Both the position numbers and the translations under genes were made by a program. 60,525 bases of DNA, from the IMG/VR virus record IMGVR_UViG_3300012347_000246; one strand, written 5' to 3'. The notes below the pieces were generated by a model. That model worked only from the letters and a program-made list of their open reading frames with translations, did not search any database and had not been told where the DNA came from. Source of the DNA: an uncultured virus (IMG/VR IMGVR_UViG_3300012347_000246) (taxonomy: Duplodnaviria; Heunggongvirae; Uroviricota; Caudoviricetes). Positions 59,091-60,525 of the stretch are shown here, piece after piece; the first letter of the stretch is position 1, and the number at the start of each line of letters is the position of its first letter.

Positions 59091-59400
59091 CAATATACAA
59101 GACATACCTCCTGTTGAGCTTGAGTATCGTTTGTACTATGACTCAAAAGGTAAGCCAATAACTATGAGCAGCCACATGCACCCAGAAGGGCAGTATGTGG
59201 TTATTACCAAACAGCATTACGACAGTGCAAACTATAACTGCCGAGTAGTCGGCGGAAAGTTACTCTTTGACTTAAGCAGTCAGTTTCACTTACAATTAAA
59301 GAAAAGCAATACCGGTGTGCCTGTTGTAAATGGGTACGCCAATCTTGTTGTGGAAAACGACGAGTATACTGATATAGAATATTATGACAGAAATAATTGA
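59062..59400 (+). CDS. Hypothetical protein
   Basis: EYRLYYD..G motif; overlaps neighbours; ATG at 59062 preferred over TTG at 59053. Confidence 0.6.
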   Translation: MSKELAEAFNNIQDIPPVELEYRLYYDSKGKPITMSSHMHPEGQYVVITKQHYDSANYNCRVVGGKLLFDLSSQFHLQLKKSNTGVPVVNGYANLVVENDEYTDIEYYDRNN

Positions 59401-60286
59401 CGTTGCAGATTTAGATTGCATCTACTTAACATATGACGAACCAAAAAAAGAAGAGTTTTGGGTCCAGATTCAAAATGTTGTTCCCTGGGCCAAGCGAGTG
59501 GACGGAGTTAAGGGTTCGGATGCTGCACACAAAGCAGCCGCTGATGCTTCAGATACAGAAAGGTTCATCCTCATTGATGGGGATAACCTCCCCGATCCTG
59601 CTTTTTTTAATCAACAGATGGATCTGGATGATTCTAATCGTGATTGCGTTTTCCGATGGCGAGCACGTAACAATATAAATGGACTAATGTATGGAAATGG
59701 TGGACTTAGCTCGTGGACTAAAGATTTTGTTTACAATATGCGGACTCACGAAGCCTCAGACGGGAGTGATGAGACGCTTGTGGAATTTTGCTTTCACCCA
59801 AAGTATTGGGCAATGGCAGACTGTTATTCGACGACATATCCAAATGGATCACCTTTCCAAGCCTGGCGTGCAGGGTTTCGTGAGGGTGTTAAAATGTGTC
59901 TGGATCGAGGAGCCAAGCCAAGTCTTGCTGAGTTCAACTCGCGGGTGGTTTCACGGAACTACGATAACTTGGCCATCTGGCACTCAGTGGGCCAAGATGT
60001 GGGCCACGGATCCATGGCAATCCGCGGTGCAAGACTTGGCACTTACCTCACAATGCTTACAGAATGGGACTATACAGACGTCCAAGATTTCACCAAACTT
60101 CGAGCTCTCTGGGAAAAGTACAGCACAGCAGAGTACACAGGAGAAGACTTCACCTACGAAGTTGATGAAGCTCTAAAGACTAGATTAGGCTTGCCTATCA
60201 CGTCAATGAACGCAGAACAAAGTAAGTTCTTTAAACATCACTACATGAGTCAGTTTAAAAATAAAGGTATAATGGCACGTGAGTAA
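59384..60286 (+). CDS. Glycosyltransferase-like protein
   Basis: DCIYLTYDEP, RVDGVKGSDAAHKAAA, FILIDGDN (DxD) and QAWRAGFREGVKM motifs. Confidence 0.6.
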   Translation: MTEIIDVADLDCIYLTYDEPKKEEFWVQIQNVVPWAKRVDGVKGSDAAHKAAADASDTERFILIDGDNLPDPAFFNQQMDLDDSNRDCVFRWRARNNINGLMYGNGGLSSWTKDFVYNMRTHEASDGSDETLVEFCFHPKYWAMADCYSTTYPNGSPFQAWRAGFREGVKMCLDRGAKPSLAEFNSRVVSRNYDNLAIWHSVGQDVGHGSMAIRGARLGTYLTMLTEWDYTDVQDFTKLRALWEKYSTAEYTGEDFTYEVDEALKTRLGLPITSMNAEQSKFFKHHYMSQFKNKGIMARE

Positions 60287-60525
60287 ATCAGACTTCATGG
60301 CAAGTGCAGAGTTTATGAAGGACAATCTTGGTCCTGCACTCTGCTTGGCTAAGTGGCAACAAGTTAGTCTACACCTTCCTACAGGGCTAACAAACAGTTG
60401 CTACCATCCGCCGCTACATAAAATTGACCCAGAAGCAATCAAACTGAATCCCGGCGCATTACATAACACCGAGCACAAAAAGCAACAGCGTGTGATTATG
60501 CTAAAGGATGAAAAGCCCAGTGAGT
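60279..60525 (+). CDS. Probable radical SAM protein, N-terminal fragment (partial)
   Basis: GTG start overlapping the upstream stop. Reads SKSDFMASAEFMKDNLGPALCLAKWQQVSLHLPTGLTNSCYHPP..HNTEHKKQQRVIML, the same C-x-x-x-W...SC pattern as the N-terminus of 20443..21711. Confidence 0.6.
   Translation, partial: MSKSDFMASAEFMKDNLGPALCLAKWQQVSLHLPTGLTNSCYHPPLHKIDPEAIKLNPGALHNTEHKKQQRVIMLKDEKPSE

Noticed and set aside
59691..60176. 161-aa alternate-frame ORF inside the GT-like gene
   Set aside because: Nested on the same strand within a motif-bearing gene, with no recognisable motifs; likely chance.
1..60525. Stop-codon reassignment as in some large phages
   Set aside because: Core genes are full length in the standard code, coding density is high, and TAA, TGA and TAG all end genes.
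1..60525. Bacterial contractile injection system or prophage
   Set aside because: Capsid, portal, protease, gp46/47 and gp55 are present, with no integrase or host housekeeping genes, which fits a lytic T4-like phage.

Overview
A fragment of a large T4-like (contractile-tailed) dsDNA phage genome in the standard genetic code. I found no rRNA, tRNA, CRISPR array or transposase. 1-8.6 kb (- strand): Asn/Gly/Thr-rich repeat fibre and virion proteins. 8.7-18.3 kb (- strand): a fatty-acid desaturase, then the head module (gp23 capsid, gp22 scaffold, gp21 protease, acidic core protein, gp20 portal) and a tape-measure-like gene. 18.4-19.5 kb (+ strand): a gp26/gp51-like pair joined by an apparent -1 slippery site. 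19.45-19.98 kb: the only long non-coding gap, which reads on the - strand as a ~410 nt highly structured RNA starting right after the stop codon of a minimal GIY-YIG nuclease gene; this is the best candidate for a novel system. 20.4-26.4 kb (- strand): two radical SAM enzymes, gp46/gp47 and an enlarged gp55 late sigma factor. 26.5-56.9 kb (+ strand): baseplate and fibre module (tube initiator, gp53, hub with a circularly permuted LysM, gp5 spike with three predicted wall-degrading domains, gp25, gp6, a 3981-aa wedge protein, paralogous fibres, a Gly-rich PA14 adhesin). 56.9-60.5 kb (+ strand): a sigma70-driven glycosyltransferase-like/radical SAM cluster. A TAAATA late-promoter motif precedes most structural genes. 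All product calls come from recognising motifs by eye; no database search was run.
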